Shown piece by piece: positions 41,936 to 56,892 of a DNA stretch of 64,000 bases. Source of the stretch: Octopus vulgaris (taxonomy: Eukaryota); assembly GCA_951406725.2 (NCBI GenBank), contig OX597831.1, positions 26,474,001 to 26,538,000 on the forward strand, written 5' to 3'. Numbering within the stretch: position 1 is the stretch's first letter; each line of letters starts with the position of its first letter. Below the pieces are notes generated by a model. It saw only the letters and a list, made by a program, of their open reading frames with translations, was not told where the DNA came from and ran no database searches. The position numbers were made by a program, and so were the translations under genes.

Positions 41936-42289
41936 TTGAAATATTTTAAAATATATAATGGTTGAATGCTGGACAGCCTCATACCAGGCGGGTATACTTT
42001 CCAAATTAATAAAAAGAGAAAAAGTCACCCTTTGCTAAAATGAATTTCACTTTCAATGTTTTTCTCAGCATGAACTAGAATTTTTTTTGTTGAAATATAT
42101 TGAAAAGTGTAGTGAGCGAACATCTTCAATAAATACTGCTGTTACAAACTCCAAGCAAATCAAAAGAATATTTTCTAATGATAGCACCTATATTCAACAG
42201 TTTATATTTCATCATCATCATCATAATCATCATCAATTTTTTTTAGCTCCGTCTTCTAAACTGGCATGGGTTTATGTCTCATAAAACTA

Positions 42290-42595
42290 TATGATGTTGT
42301 TTGTTCCTTCTTGAGCCACGCCTGGCTCATTAGGGCCGGTCTCCTGGTTTCCTTGGCATATAGGTTCCCCACCTGGATGGGATGCCAGTCTGTCGCAGGT
42401 GAGTTGCAAGATGCAGGAGTGAGAGAAAGTTATGGCAAAAGAGTCAGCAAAAGTTCTCCATTTCCTTCTGCTGGAGCCGTGTGGAGCTTAAGTGTTTCGC
42501 TCATAAACACACACATCATCTGGTCTGAGATTCGAACCCATGATCTCTCGACTGTGAGTCCACTGCTCTAACCACTAGGCCAATTGCCTCCACAA
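42290..42595 (-). mobile_element. tRNA-derived SINE (V-SINE-like)
   Basis: On minus: tggcctagtggttagagc, gggttcgaatctc, gcgacagactggcatcccatccagg. Confidence 0.8.
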
Positions 42596-43139
42596 AAAAA
42601 CTATAAGTTTTATTAATTTCATTTATTGCCTAAGAATCAGTAAAATGTGAAACTCAGAGTTGCCATTTGTGAAGTTTCCAGTTAATATCGATTTTATTAT
42701 TATTTTCTTTAATTGTATTAATGGACTTGTTTCACACTGCCATGTATTCATTTCATTCTTCTATATGCATGCACACAAATACACACACATACACACACAT
42801 ATATGTGTGTGTGTGTGTATAAATATATATATATAATGTGTGTATATAAAGTGCATGCAAAACTGACATATATATTTTGTATAAAATTCAGGATTTAAAA
42901 AACTGAACTTTAATGTGAAAATATTTCTTCAACAAAACCATTGGAATAAAATTCCTCACCAATCTTTCAGATAATGGAGAAATATTTCTTTTGAAGAGAA
43001 AAAAAAAATCTTGAATATGTAAACCATTTCTCATAAGTATGCTGTTGTAATATTTTAGAAGACTTTGAACAGAAGAATATTGTTTAAAGCAATGATAGAG
43101 ATGATGATAACAACAGCAACAACAACAACAGTAATAATT

Positions 43140-43352
43140 CTTTCTACTATAGGCACAAGGCCTGAAATTTCAGGGGAGGGGACTAGTCGATTACATCAGC
43201 TCCAATGCTTCGCTGGTACTTAATTTATCGACCCCAAAAGGATGAAAGGCTAAGTTGACCTCGTCAGAATTTGAACTCAGAATGTAACAGCAGACGAAAT
43301 ACCACTAAGCATTTCGCCCAGCGTGCTAACAATTCTACCAGCTCACTGTCTT
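43140..43352 (-). mobile_element. SINE family B variant (alternative tail)
   Basis: ggtacttaatttatcgaccccaaaaggatgaaaggc; tail shared with 9810-9860 and 52030-52080. Confidence 0.85.
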
Positions 43353-43413
43353 GAAGAAGAAGAAGAAGAAGAATAGTAATAGTAATAATAATGATAATAA
43401 TAATAATAATAAT

Positions 43414-43959
43414 CTGATGCAGTACCAGACAGTGGCTCTCATGGCTCCTGATCTTAACTGATTGGAAGTGTTATCATGTACATTGTTTTGTCTTGGTATA
43501 AAAGATGGGCTACAGCAAATATTCTGCTCAATACCACAGATTTGCTTGTCAGTTGTTTGACTTTAACCAGTTGAGCATGTCCCTTAGTGGCTGATGATAT
43601 GTGCATCTCTGATCACAAGTAGAAGTAGTGGGGGAGCATCATAGCCATGTGTTGAGAGGGATTCTTTGGGGTTTGAATAATTCACCTCTGGAAACATGGG
43701 TGGTTCTTTCAACATCCTTAAACAATCCTTATTTAGGGACCTTTTGAATGGGATGGGCTACTCGACCAGAAGAAAATTCTAACTGGGCCCCACCTGCAAG
43801 GTCATGTGCTGTTTATCTTGAGATCACCATGTCGCACACAAATGGTTGTGATTCATGTACCTGGTGTACCTTTATCAGACGGGTAGTCATGATGGGTATA
43901 ATGGGCTTCGTATATTTTACCCCAGTGTCACTTTGATGGCATGCACTGCTCTCTCACTC

Positions 43960-43960
<1 letters not shown>
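43414..43960 (+). mobile_element. Retroposon family E (SINE or LINE 3' region) bounded by (AAT)n
   Basis: Homologous to 326-838; ends actgctctctcactc(aat)n. The central part resembles Deu/Nin-type SINE domains from memory only. Confidence 0.6.
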
Positions 43961-44003
<43 letters not shown>

Positions 44004-44149
44004 TAATAATTTCTTCTATTTGCCACAAGGGCATGAGATGAGGATGGACATTACTAAAGTAATAGTTTGTGAGGTGGTTTACATAAAATCAGAGGAAGAG
44101 GACAACAGTGAACTAATAGTGGGGAGAAATAAAATGAAAAACATACATA

Positions 44150-44390
44150 TTCTTTTACTTATTACAGTCATTTGACTGTGGCCATGCTGAAGCACCACCT
44201 AAAAGGTTTTTTTTTTTAGTTGAAGAAATTGACCCCAGGACTTAGTCTTTGTAAGTACTTATTCTATCAGTCTCTTTTGCCAAACTGCTAAGTTATGGGG
44301 AGGCAAACACCAACATCGGTTGTCAAGCGATGCTAGGGGGGACAAACACAGACACAAACACACACACACACACACACACACACATGCACA

Positions 44391-44432
<42 letters not shown>

Positions 44433-44912
44433 CTCACACACACACACACATATTTTATTGTGTCTGGAGAGAATCATTCTCATTTTTGATTTGCAAGATT
44501 CTTTATGTGAATTCGTGTGTTGAAGCATATTTTATTGTGTCTGGAGTGGGGTATTCTCTTTTAGTGCCTTGTTTTATTTTTGCTGCATCTTGCAAGACGC
44601 AATGAAAATTTTAGAAAAAATAAATAAGTAAATGAGTGGAAATCGAACCGGTGAGTATGTTAAATTAACAAAGCACTAAAAGAGAATGACTCTCCCCAGA
44701 CTCAATAAAATATGCTTCAACACATGAATTCACATGAAGAATCTAGCAAACCAAATACAATAGACTTCTTTCAGTTTTTGTCTACCAAATCCACTCATAA
44801 GGATTTGGTCAGTCTGAGGCTATAGTAGAAGACACTTGCCCAAGGTGCCATGCAGTAGGACTGAACTTGGTACCATGTGGTTGTGAAGTAAGCTTCTTGC
44901 CACACAGCCACG
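44150..44912 (-). mobile_element. SINE family A with a MITE (about 44483-44758) in its microsatellite
   Basis: About 90-bp inverted arms, e.g. atgtgaattcgtgtgttgaagcatattttattg / caataaaatatgcttcaacacatgaattcacat. Confidence 0.85.
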
Positions 44913-45160
44913 AAAATATGTTAATATATGAATGATGCAGTTCTTTTCCTACAGGAGAGCTTCCAACTGGAGCCAATCTGGGAACGGCATTGATCGAAGA
45001 TCTCTCTAATCATCAAAGCATGTTTGCATGTACACACAGCTATATATATATATATATGAATATGACAGCAGTATTCTCTGTCTGTCTGTCTGTATTATTT
45101 ATATGTGTGTATATGTTTACATAAACCTACGTCTCTCAGCAGACACCTGTTTCTGTCTCT

Positions 45161-45396
45161 CTTATTTCTTTATTGCCCACAAGGGGCTAAACACAGAGAG
45201 GACAAACAAGGACAGAAAAACGGATTAAGCCAATTACATCGACCCCAGTGCAGAACTGGTACTTAATTTATCGACCCCGAAAGGATGAAAGGCAAAGTCG
45301 ACCTTGGCGGAATTTGAACTCAAAACGTCAAGACAGACGAAATACTGCTAAGCATTTCGCCCAGTGTGCTAACGTTTCTGCCAGCTTGCCGCCCTT
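45161..45396 (-). mobile_element. SINE family B with TSD
   Basis: ctgtttctgtctctct on both sides. Confidence 0.92.
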
Positions 45397-46169
45397 CTGT
45401 TTCTGTCTCTCTGTCACACTAACTTTCATCATCTGACACAAGATTCCCTCCTCCAATGCCCCTAAAATTCCTTGTCTTGCAAGTTATTTAGTGACCCCAT
45501 AAAAAGCATCCAGTCTACACTGTAAAATGGTTGGCATTTGGAAGGGCATCCAGCCATAAAAATCATGCCAAAACTAACCTCACCTGTACTGATGCTGTGT
45601 AATACTACATTATGATGATGATGATGATGATGATGGTAAAAGGGCCTGAGAAATAAAAAAAAGAAAAGAAATAAAAATAAAAAACAAACAAACAAATTTA
45701 AAGAGTCAGTGAGGAAAGTCCAAAAGACAGAAACAAAAATTTTAAAAAAAAAGTCAGGCAGCTGTAATATTATTCTAGGCTCCATTCTTTCTGGAAAAAT
45801 CGGCTTGTGATTATCAGCTATTTCGAATTTTGCTGTGGTCACGTTGTGTTGTCATGGTTGTCATTGCTGTTGTTGTTGTAGTTGTTTTTATTTGTTTTTA
45901 TTGTTGTTGTGGAATAATGAAAGACATTTCAAAAGAAACATGTACTTATGCATATGCATATATTTCTCTGTGTGTGTAAGTATATATATATATCTATATC
46001 TATATATATATATATATAGATAGAGAGAGAGAGAGAGAGAGAGGGAGGGAGGGAGGGAGAAAGAGAGAGATTGGTATATGTGTGTGTGCGTGTAATATAC
46101 GTGTGTATGTATACATATATGTGTGTATATATATATGTATATATAAGGTACTGTAGGAGGTGTCCTGTT

Positions 46170-46740
46170 ATATTGGTGACCTAATTAGTAGTGAAAGTAA
46201 GTGTTCTAATTGCATTGTAGGTAGAGTAAGAGCTAAGTAACCTATTATTGTTGCTGACATAAAAAAAGAGTTTTCTCTCCATTTGAAGGGAAGAATGTGT
46301 GATGCTTGTGTGATGTTGCATGGTGGCAAAACATGAGCGCCAGATGTGAATGTGTAAAAGCTAGAGGAAAACAAAAGTAAGTTTGCTCTGTTGGATGGTT
46401 AATATTAGTGCACGTGAATGACAGAACATAAATATGCTGAGAGCAAAAACTGGATATACAAGGTATCTGATACAGAGTGTGCTGGTACTGGTGTAGAGAA
46501 ATGATATAGAGAATGAGAATAGAGAAATAGTATAGAGAATGACAAGCAGGTGAAGAAATGACAAAAGGCTCCAGGATGAAGGAATATGTAGCAGAAGAAG
46601 ACTAAAGAAAATATGAGTTAAGGTTGAAGGCTGATCTCTTGAGATAATAACTGACTGTGACATATGACATCAAACTGTATTGGAGAATACCTGCCCAACC
46701 CATGCAAGCTTTGCCAAATGCAAAAGTTGTGAAGATGAGG
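46170..46740 (+). mobile_element. Degenerate RTE LINE fragment
   Basis: DACVMLHGGKT* remnant and a cccaacccatgcaagc tail. Confidence 0.55.
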
Positions 46741-46752
46741 ATAATTCATATA

Positions 46753-46791
<39 letters not shown>

Positions 46792-46792
<1 letters not shown>

Positions 46793-47031
46793 TTAGTAGG
46801 TGCATTAGGCATGATAAAAAAAATATTCAGACAAATACATAACAAAAACACCAGGACTTACAAACACATACAACATACAGAAAATTGCACTACTAGGCAC
46901 TGCACACATCCTACGCAGAACACTTTCCATACAATAACCATCAGAGCATCACAATAAATTACAGCACATACCCAAGGCACACAGAGCTGCGCTCGGTAGT
47001 GAAGTGAAAGCACGTTATAAAAATAAAACTA

Positions 47032-47064
<33 letters not shown>

Positions 47065-47200
47065 TGCACTACTAGGCACTGCACACATCCTACACAGAAC
47101 ACTTTCCATACAATAACCATCAGAGCATCACAGCACATACCCAAGGCACACAGAGCTGCACTCGGTAGTGAAGTGAAAGCACGTTATAAAAATAAAACTA
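46792..47200 (+). mobile_element. Two 3' ends of an R4/Dong-like LINE within (AAT)n
   Basis: VGALGMIKK...IQKIALLGTAHILRRTLSIQ*; second shorter copy 47062-47200; both flanked by AAT repeats. Confidence 0.75.
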
Positions 47201-47215
47201 CATAATAATAATAAT

Positions 47216-47269
<54 letters not shown>

Positions 47270-47273
<4 letters not shown>

Positions 47274-47619
47274 GGGAATATTATTCCAAACTTACAGGGA
47301 AAAATTCAATTTAGTAATACTAAATCAAATTTAACAATATATAATATATATACATATAAATTAGAGAAGAACCACCTTTTATCAATTCAACAATAAAATC
47401 ACAATGATATAATTAAATTATACCATATAGAAATATAGCCACAAAACACGTGTAGTCTTTTTACCAATTATATACTTTTTATTTATTATTTTGTACTTTA
47501 CTTAATTATTGGTACATGTTTTATCGTATATTTAATTATTTTCTAAATGGTATAATTTAATTATATCATTGTTATTTCATTGTTGAATTGATAAAAGGTG
47601 GTTCTTCTCTAATTTATAT
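47270..47619. mobile_element. Penelope-like non-autonomous element, inverted pair
   Basis: About 80-bp arms 47354-47433 / 47540-47619; tagggaata...ccaaacttacagggaaaaa matches 16483-16514 inverted. Confidence 0.6.
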
Positions 47620-47629
47620 ACATATACAT

Positions 47630-47662
<33 letters not shown>

Positions 47663-47679
47663 CACACACACATATATAT

Positions 47680-48045
47680 ATATTCAAAATGTATTCGATT
47701 TATTTTTCCTACCAAAACTAATGCTGCATGGGAAGAATCTTTTTGGTGGGAGATGATACACCCTTCCTGCTCATGCTTGAAAATTCCCATGCTGGTAGGC
47801 TGTGACGGTTCCCAGCTCTTATGCCTAGAGTACAAATGTGTAGTGCACACTCATTGAATTTTTATTTTCTTGCAAGATAATTGAATGCATCAAGCAGAGA
47901 CCACACAGCCATGTCTCATCGCCAGTGACGATGGTCTTCATGAAGTTCGCACTGTGGTTTGCACAGTCCAACATTTCTTGAGTGTTTTCCATGCAGAGTT
48001 GCTTCTGGTGCTCCACCAGCACCTTGGGGACAAAGTTTGCTGACA
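47680..48045 (-). mobile_element. mariner transposase remnant
   Basis: SANFVPKVL (WVP-type linker) and IVTGDETW (first catalytic Asp motif). Confidence 0.85.
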
Positions 48046-48059
48046 TACACACATATATA

Positions 48060-48104
<45 letters not shown>

Positions 48105-48214
48105 AGAGACAAAACCACTATTTTGCAAAACAAACAAGGAAAGACTTAATCAATACATAAAATTTTAATAAATAGTCAAAAAAAACCGCCACTACAATCG
48201 TTTCTTGTCTTGAT

Positions 48215-48460
48215 CAAAAGCACCGTCCGTCCGTGGCCGTTTGCCAGCTCTGTCTGGCACCTGTGCAGGTGGCACGTAAAAAGCACCCACTACACTCACG
48301 GAGTGGTTGGCATTAGGAAGGGCATCCAGCCGTAGAAACACTGCCAGATCTGACTGGGCCTGATGAAGCCTTCCAGCTTCACAGACCCCAGTTGAACCAT
48401 CCAACCCATGCTAGCATGGAAAGCGGACGCTAAATGATGATGATGATGATGATGATGATA
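48215..48460 (+). mobile_element. RTE 3' end (family C)
   Basis: Near-consensus tail with (gat)n. Confidence 0.88.
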
Positions 48461-48481
48461 TATATATGTATGTACATATAC

Positions 48482-48543
<62 letters not shown>

Positions 48544-48544
48544 C

Positions 48545-49796
48545 CTCAGGGTGAATACTTGATAAATGTAAGCACCTGTATAGGTGATAGGTTATATGTA
48601 TCAAAAGAAAAACAGGACGCAAAGGATTTTGCGGTACATATGTTTCGGGCTTTATTGAACAACTTATTCTTATATCAATGCATAATTGATATAACAGATA
48701 GATCAAAAGCCTTCTTCAGCCGCGTACAATTGCCACACCAAAGACTTGTATCACATTATAACAGGTTTGAGAAAGAGTTTGAGAAAAAACCGAGTTTCAT
48801 TGGGAAAGTAAATCCTCATTGGCGTACATGGTATTGCGAGACTCCAAAACAAATCGTCCATACCGTTTCTTCACTCGGTAAAGAGAGAATACTGGGTAGA
48901 TTACTTCATATAAGGGAAGGAATTGGATGTTGAGAGAAAGATGAGAGGAGGGGAAGGGGGTGAAACTTTAATGAAGTTGGGATCACAAAAAATACATTTC
49001 TAGAATTTATGACCCTATACGTGACGACGTCATTTGTATCTTTATATACTTATTTTTTTACATCTTTACTTTTTTTATTATATTTTATATTTATTATTAT
49101 CCTTTATAATTATGTTTAAATTTATATATATACTCTTTTACTCTTTACTCTTTTATTTGTTTCAGTCATTTGACTGCGGCCATGCTGGAGCACTGCCTTT
49201 AGTTGAGCAAATCGACCCCCAGGACTTATTCTTTGTAAGCCCAGTACTTATTCTATCGGTCTCTTTTGCCGAACCGCTAAGTGACGGGGACGTAAACACA
49301 CCAGCATCGGTTGTCAAGCGATGTTGGTGGGGGGACAAACACAGACACACAAACATATAAACACACATACACACATATATATATACATATATACGACAGG
49401 CTTCTTTCAGTTTCCGTCTACCAAATCTACTCACAAGGCATTGGTCAGCCCGGGGCTATAGCAGAAGACACTTGCCCAAGATGCCACGCAGTGGGACTGA
49501 ACCCGGAACCATGTGGTCGGTTAGCAAGCTACTTACCACACAGCCACTCCTGCGCCTTATATATATTTTTTCTTTTTTGTGATCCCAACTTCATTAAAGT
49601 TCCACCCCCTTCCCCTCCTTTCCTCTTTCACTCAACATCCAATTCCTTCCCTTATATGAAGTAATCTACCCAGTATTCATTCTTTATCGAGTGAAGAAAA
49701 GGTATGGACGATTTGTTTTGGAGTCTCGCAATACCATGTACGCCTATGAGGATTTACTTTCCCAATGAAACTCGGTTTGTTCTCAAACTCTTTCTA
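48545..49796 (-). mobile_element. Penelope-like non-autonomous element with inverted copy, SINE A (49132-49557) between the arms
   Basis: About 222-bp inverted arms 48770-48992 / 49574-49795; hammerhead in the longer copy. Confidence 0.7.
48631..48723 (-). ncRNA. Type-I hammerhead ribozyme, core intact
   Basis: gcgg CTGAAGA a ggcttt...aaagcc c GAAA catatg TA ccgc; the extended stem II contains a ttatatcaat/attgatataa hairpin. Confidence 0.8.
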
Positions 49797-49799
49797 TGT

Positions 49800-51445
<1,646 letters not shown>

Positions 51446-52556
51446 GCTATATAACTACAAATATATTTATGTATCTATCTGTCTGTCCTTCTGTTTATCT
51501 ATTTCTCCTCTCCCCACCTCTCTCCACGTCTCCCCTTCTACCTCCTCTCCTCCTCCTCCACTCTCTGCCTTTCTGTTTTTGCTGATGTTCAAATTTTTTT
51601 CTTATTAAAATCTGTTGCAATGCTCTTATCTGGAATTGGAAAAATAAAATAAATAAAAATAATACAAAAATCATGATTTCCATGTGTTTTACTTATTTTA
51701 CATATTAAGTGAGGCAATAATGGCTGAGAAGTGAAAATAACGAATGTAGTGGACTACTGCTAACCAAAATATCCTATGTTCAAATCTAATAACAATCATG
51801 ATGTTGTGCCTCTGTTTGCTCCAGTTTGGCCTGATTAACAAAATATGAAAAAGTGAAGTCAAAAGGTAACTTCTGTGAGGTAGTTCATCTTGCTAGAAAT
51901 AGTAGCCAAAATTTCTCTCAAATCACGCACTACTGCTTTCAAAATGGAAGGACACTAGCTGAAACACATTTGATTGTAGGCCTAGTGGATCTTGGTTGAC
52001 CAGGGGTTAAACAACAATGAATTGTCTCTAGCTTTGGCACAAGATCTGGCATTTGAAGGAGTGGGTTGGTGATACCATCAACCCAAGCACTTGACCGGTA
52101 CTTTAATTTATTGGCCCTGGAGAAATGACTGATAAAATTGACCCTGGTGTGACTTGAACTCAGAATGTAGAGAACCGGAAGAAATACCTCAAAACATTCA
52201 TTCTGAGGGTCTAACTATTCTGCCTGCTCACCATCTAATAGCAACAGTAACAACAATATCATCAGCATTGAAGGAAGCTTAAGGAGTCAAACAAGGAAAC
52301 CACAGGCACTGCAAGAAATAGCAGCTAAATCTTGCTGAAATCATATCCTGTTGCCTTAAAGTTCATAAAAGAAATGTCTTTGATCATGGTATATTACAAT
52401 CAGGACTGAACCAAGGCTAAACAGCAACAATTACTCCAACCATTTTAATATGAAAAATTAATAATAAATGTATGTGTGGTAAGTAGCTTGCTTACCAACC
52501 ACATGGTTCCGGGTTCAGTCCTACTGCATGGTACCTTGGGCAAATGTCCTCTATTG

Positions 52557-53830
52557 CAGTGATCCTCAACTATTTTTTGCCTATGAACCCTTTTGATTCC
52601 TATTTTATTTCACTGGACCCCCATAACCATTCCATGATGATCATCATCATGGTTTAATGTCCGTCTTCCAAGCTGGCATGAGTTTGATGGTTTGACAGGA
52701 GCCATCCAAGTTGAAGACTACACTAGTCCAGACTGTGAAGTGGTTGGCATTTGGAAGGGTATTCATCTGTAAAAACCATGCCAAAATGGTTGACAGGAAA
52801 AAAAGCTATCCTTGGCTACTGTGTCTGTTTTGGCATGATTTTTATGCCTGAATGCCCTTCCTAACACCAGCCACCTCACGGAGTGGACTCAATGCTTTTT
52901 ATGTGGCACTAGCACATGTGAGGTCAGTTTTGGCATGATTTTATACAGCTGGATGTCCTTCCAAATGCCAACAACTTTACAATGTGAACTGGATGCTTTT
53001 TACATGGCACCAGCACTAAATAACTTGCAAGACAAGGAGTCTTTGAGAGGGGTAAGGGACGTTGGAGGAGAGGCAGAGAGGCAGAAACTGGTCTCTTGCT
53101 GTAGAGGAGGTACATGGTTACCCAGCCAAGAGAGAGGGGGCGAGCAGGAGGAAGAGAGAGAAGAAAAGAGAGAGGGGAACAGGAGAGGGGGTGGAAGAGA
53201 GAGGGAGGAAGAGAGAGAGGGGAGAGAAAGAGGGAGCAGGAGAAGGGGAGTGGGAGAGAGAGGGAGGAAGAGAGAGAGGGGAGAGAAAGAGGGAGCAGGA
53301 GAAGGGGAGTGGGAGAGAGGGGGAGGAAGAGAGAGAAGAAGAGGGTGAGAGGAAAAGAGAGAGAGGAAGATAAGAAAACAGAGAGGGGAGAGGGGAGAGG
53401 CGAGAGAGGGAGAGGAGAGGAAAGGAAGAGAGAGGAGGGAGAGAGGAGATAGCATGGGAGAAAGCGGGAGGGGGGAGATGGGGAGAGAGACAGGGAGATG
53501 GAGTGAGAGGAAGAGAGAGAGAGGTAAAGGGAGAGGGAGACATATGGAGGGAGAGAGAGCAAGAGAGCAAGAGGAAAATAGAGAGCGAGAGGAAAAGAGA
53601 GAGGGAGGGAGAGTTATCAAGAAAGAGGGCAGAAACAGGTGTTTAAAAAAATATTTTCATAGTTAAGTATTATTAAGTATTTTATGAAAGCAAATTAGTT
53701 AAAATAGTTTGTGTATCATAGAAGTATAACCAACTTATTGTACATAAATTTTAACAACAAAATCTCATATGGCCCCACAAGGGTCAGGTGGACTCCCAAA
53801 GTTCGTATGGATTCAGGTTGATAACCATTG
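52557..53830. mobile_element. hAT-like MITE remnant split by an RTE tail (about 52640-53130) and a GA-rich tract (53130-53625)
   Basis: cagtgatcctcaactatttt start and caggttgataaccattg end; no TSD recognised. Confidence 0.5.
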
Positions 53831-54199
53831 GTGTACTGGAAAACCTCTATGCACGTGTTTAATCTCTCAGAAATAACCTGCAAACTTCCCTCAAATCACA
53901 TTTTAGCATCTCAGAGAAGGGCATGATGGTTATTCTGGTTTCTCTTGCAGTTAGCTGGGGAAAAAGGACTGGATGGTCACAGCTGGAATATCTTTGATCA
54001 TGATTCTACTGGATCAGGGCTGACCTGAAGGTAAATAGCAAAAAAGGGCCATCACAGGACTAACAGTTAATAGGTCACTATTGTTAGTGCTGTTGTTGTT
54101 GTTGTTGTTGCTGTGTAAGGTGCCGCAGTTGTCTGGCTGGTAAAGTGAAGGGACAAACAGCCAGGTGAGGAATCCAAGATCAAGCATCTACTGCCAACT

Positions 54200-54643
54200 C
54201 CATCACCACCACCACCACCACCACCACCACCACCACCACCACCACCACAGCCACAACTGTCACCACCACCATTACAACCACAACTGTCACCATCAACACC
54301 ACCACCACTACAGCAACCACCACAACCACCACCACCACCACCACCATCCCCACCAACACCATCACCACCACCACCACCACTAAAACGATGACCACCACAA
54401 CAATGACCATAACAGCCACTGCCATGACAATAACCATCAACATCACCTCCACAACAACAACAACAACCACCACCACAACCATGATGACGGCGACGATGAT
54501 GATGGTGATGGTGATGATGATGATGATGACAATCACCACTGCCATCACAACTATTACAATCTGCTAAAACTTTTACTGCAATTATTTGCTTTTAATGAGA
54601 CAAATGGATAAAACAGATGTATGTATGTATGTATGTATGTATG

Positions 54644-54677
<34 letters not shown>

Positions 54678-55180
54678 TATATGTATGTGTATGTATATAT
54701 GTATGCATGTACGCATGTATGTGGATGTATGTATGTATTATGTATGTATGTAAGTATGTATGTATGTATGCATGTATGGATTATGTATGTATGTGTATGT
54801 ATGTGTGTGTGTATGTATATATGTATGCATGCATGCATGTGCACATGTATGTGGGTGTGTGTATGTGTGTATATATGTATGAATATATGTGTGTATGTGC
54901 GTATGTGTATATATATTATGTATGTATGTATGAATGTATGAATGTATGCATGCATGTATTATGTATTTATGTATGTGTATATATGTATGAATGCATATAT
55001 GTATGTATATATACACACATACACATATCTATACATATATATGTGTGTGTGTGGATGTAATCACACACACACACACACACACCTACATACATACATATAC
55101 ATGCAAACCTACACGCACACACACACACACATAGATGCATACACACACACACACATAGATGCATACATATACATACTCGC
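54200..55180. repeat. (CAC)n then (TATG)n/(CA)n low-complexity tracts
   Basis: Directly visible. Confidence 0.93.
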
Positions 55181-55907
55181 ATAAGGGGAACAACACTTAA
55201 GATAATAGAACCTCCACCACCACCACCACCACCATCACCTACAATGACAGCAAAAACAACAATTACAACAACAGCAACAGCAGGAACAAGAGGAACAGCA
55301 GCAGCAGCAGAAATGAGAATAAAAAAAAAAGAAACAAAAGTAGATTGAATGAAGTCATTAGTTATGTCTATGTAATGGCATTAGTTATGTCTCATCTTCT
55401 ATTCGGAACCTATAAATCAATAAGTAAGTAATAAGGAAAATTGATTTGCAAAGCAAACAAAAATATAAAAATTTAAAAAAAAAAAAAAAAAAGAACAAAA
55501 AAGTAAATAAATTGAAAATACACAAAAAAAAAAAAAATAATGATAATAATAATAATAATAATAAAAGAAATATTGAGAACAAACACTTAAATATGATCAT
55601 TAAAATAAGCAAAATTAAATTATATACCAAAAAAACATAAACTTAAGAATGAAAATAAAATGAAATACAATTCTCTCTCTCTCTCTTTTTTTTTTTTTTT
55701 TTGTGTGTAGAAATGTCCTTTTAAATCGAAAACAGTTTGTCACCACTTCAATTCCTAAGTGAATTTCTCTTTAGTTTCGAAACTAATGGCCACAACAACA
55801 GCAATAGCAACAATATGTGTGTCATGTTGTGTGAGTGTTTGTGTGGGCACGCAGGTGTGTGTGTGTATGTGTGTGTGTAAGTGAGTGTATACATATATAT
55901 AGTAGAT

Positions 55908-55941
<34 letters not shown>

Positions 55942-55947
55942 GTGCAT

Positions 55948-55978
<31 letters not shown>

Positions 55979-56034
55979 GACACTCACATTCATACACACA
56001 TGCATACTTATGTATATATATGCTAACATACACA

Positions 56035-56075
<41 letters not shown>

Positions 56076-56147
56076 ATGTATGTATATAGTAAAGTTTAGC
56101 ATCTTACAATCTGCTTTCACTCTGACGGAGAAGCCCTGTATTAATAT

Positions 56148-56833
56148 CATCATCATCTTCATTTAGCATCCACTTTCCATGCTGGCATGGGTCGGATGGT
56201 TTGATTGAGGACTGGCAAGCCAGGAGGCTGCACCGGGCTCCAATCTGATCTGGCAAGGTTTCTACAGCTGGATGCCCTTCCTAATGCCAACCACTCTGGG
56301 AATGTAGTGTATGCTTTTTATGTGCCACTGGCATGGGGGCTAGTCAGGCAGCACTGGTACCAAATATGCTCGAATGGTGCTTTTTACATGCCATCAACAC
56401 AAGAGCCAGTCAGGTGGCACTGGCTACGACCACATACAAGTGGTGCCATTTATGTGCCACCGGGATGGGAGCCAGTCCAGTGGGACTGGTATCGACCACG
56501 CTCAAGTGGTGCATTTTATGTGCCACCAGCACATAAACTACTGGTAGTACTGGCATCAGCCATGACAATGATTTCACTTGATGCAACAAAATATTGCCCA
56601 ATGATTGTAGGGTACTCTTAAATGGGCCAGTTATGTGACACTGGTATAGGCCACGGTTACAGTCTCACTTGGCTGGCTGGGTCTTCTCAAACGCACAGCA
56701 TAGATATGTATGCATGTATGTATGCATGTGTGTGTGTATGTATTTATGTATGTATGTATGTGTATATATGTATGAATGCATGTATGTATATATACACACA
56801 TACGCGCACACACACACACACCTATCAATGCAT

Positions 56834-56892
<59 letters not shown>

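Noticed and set aside
48559-48933. 124-aa plus ORF as a Penelope GIY-YIG endonuclease
   Set aside because: No GIY/YIG motifs; it is antisense to the hammerhead-bearing strand.
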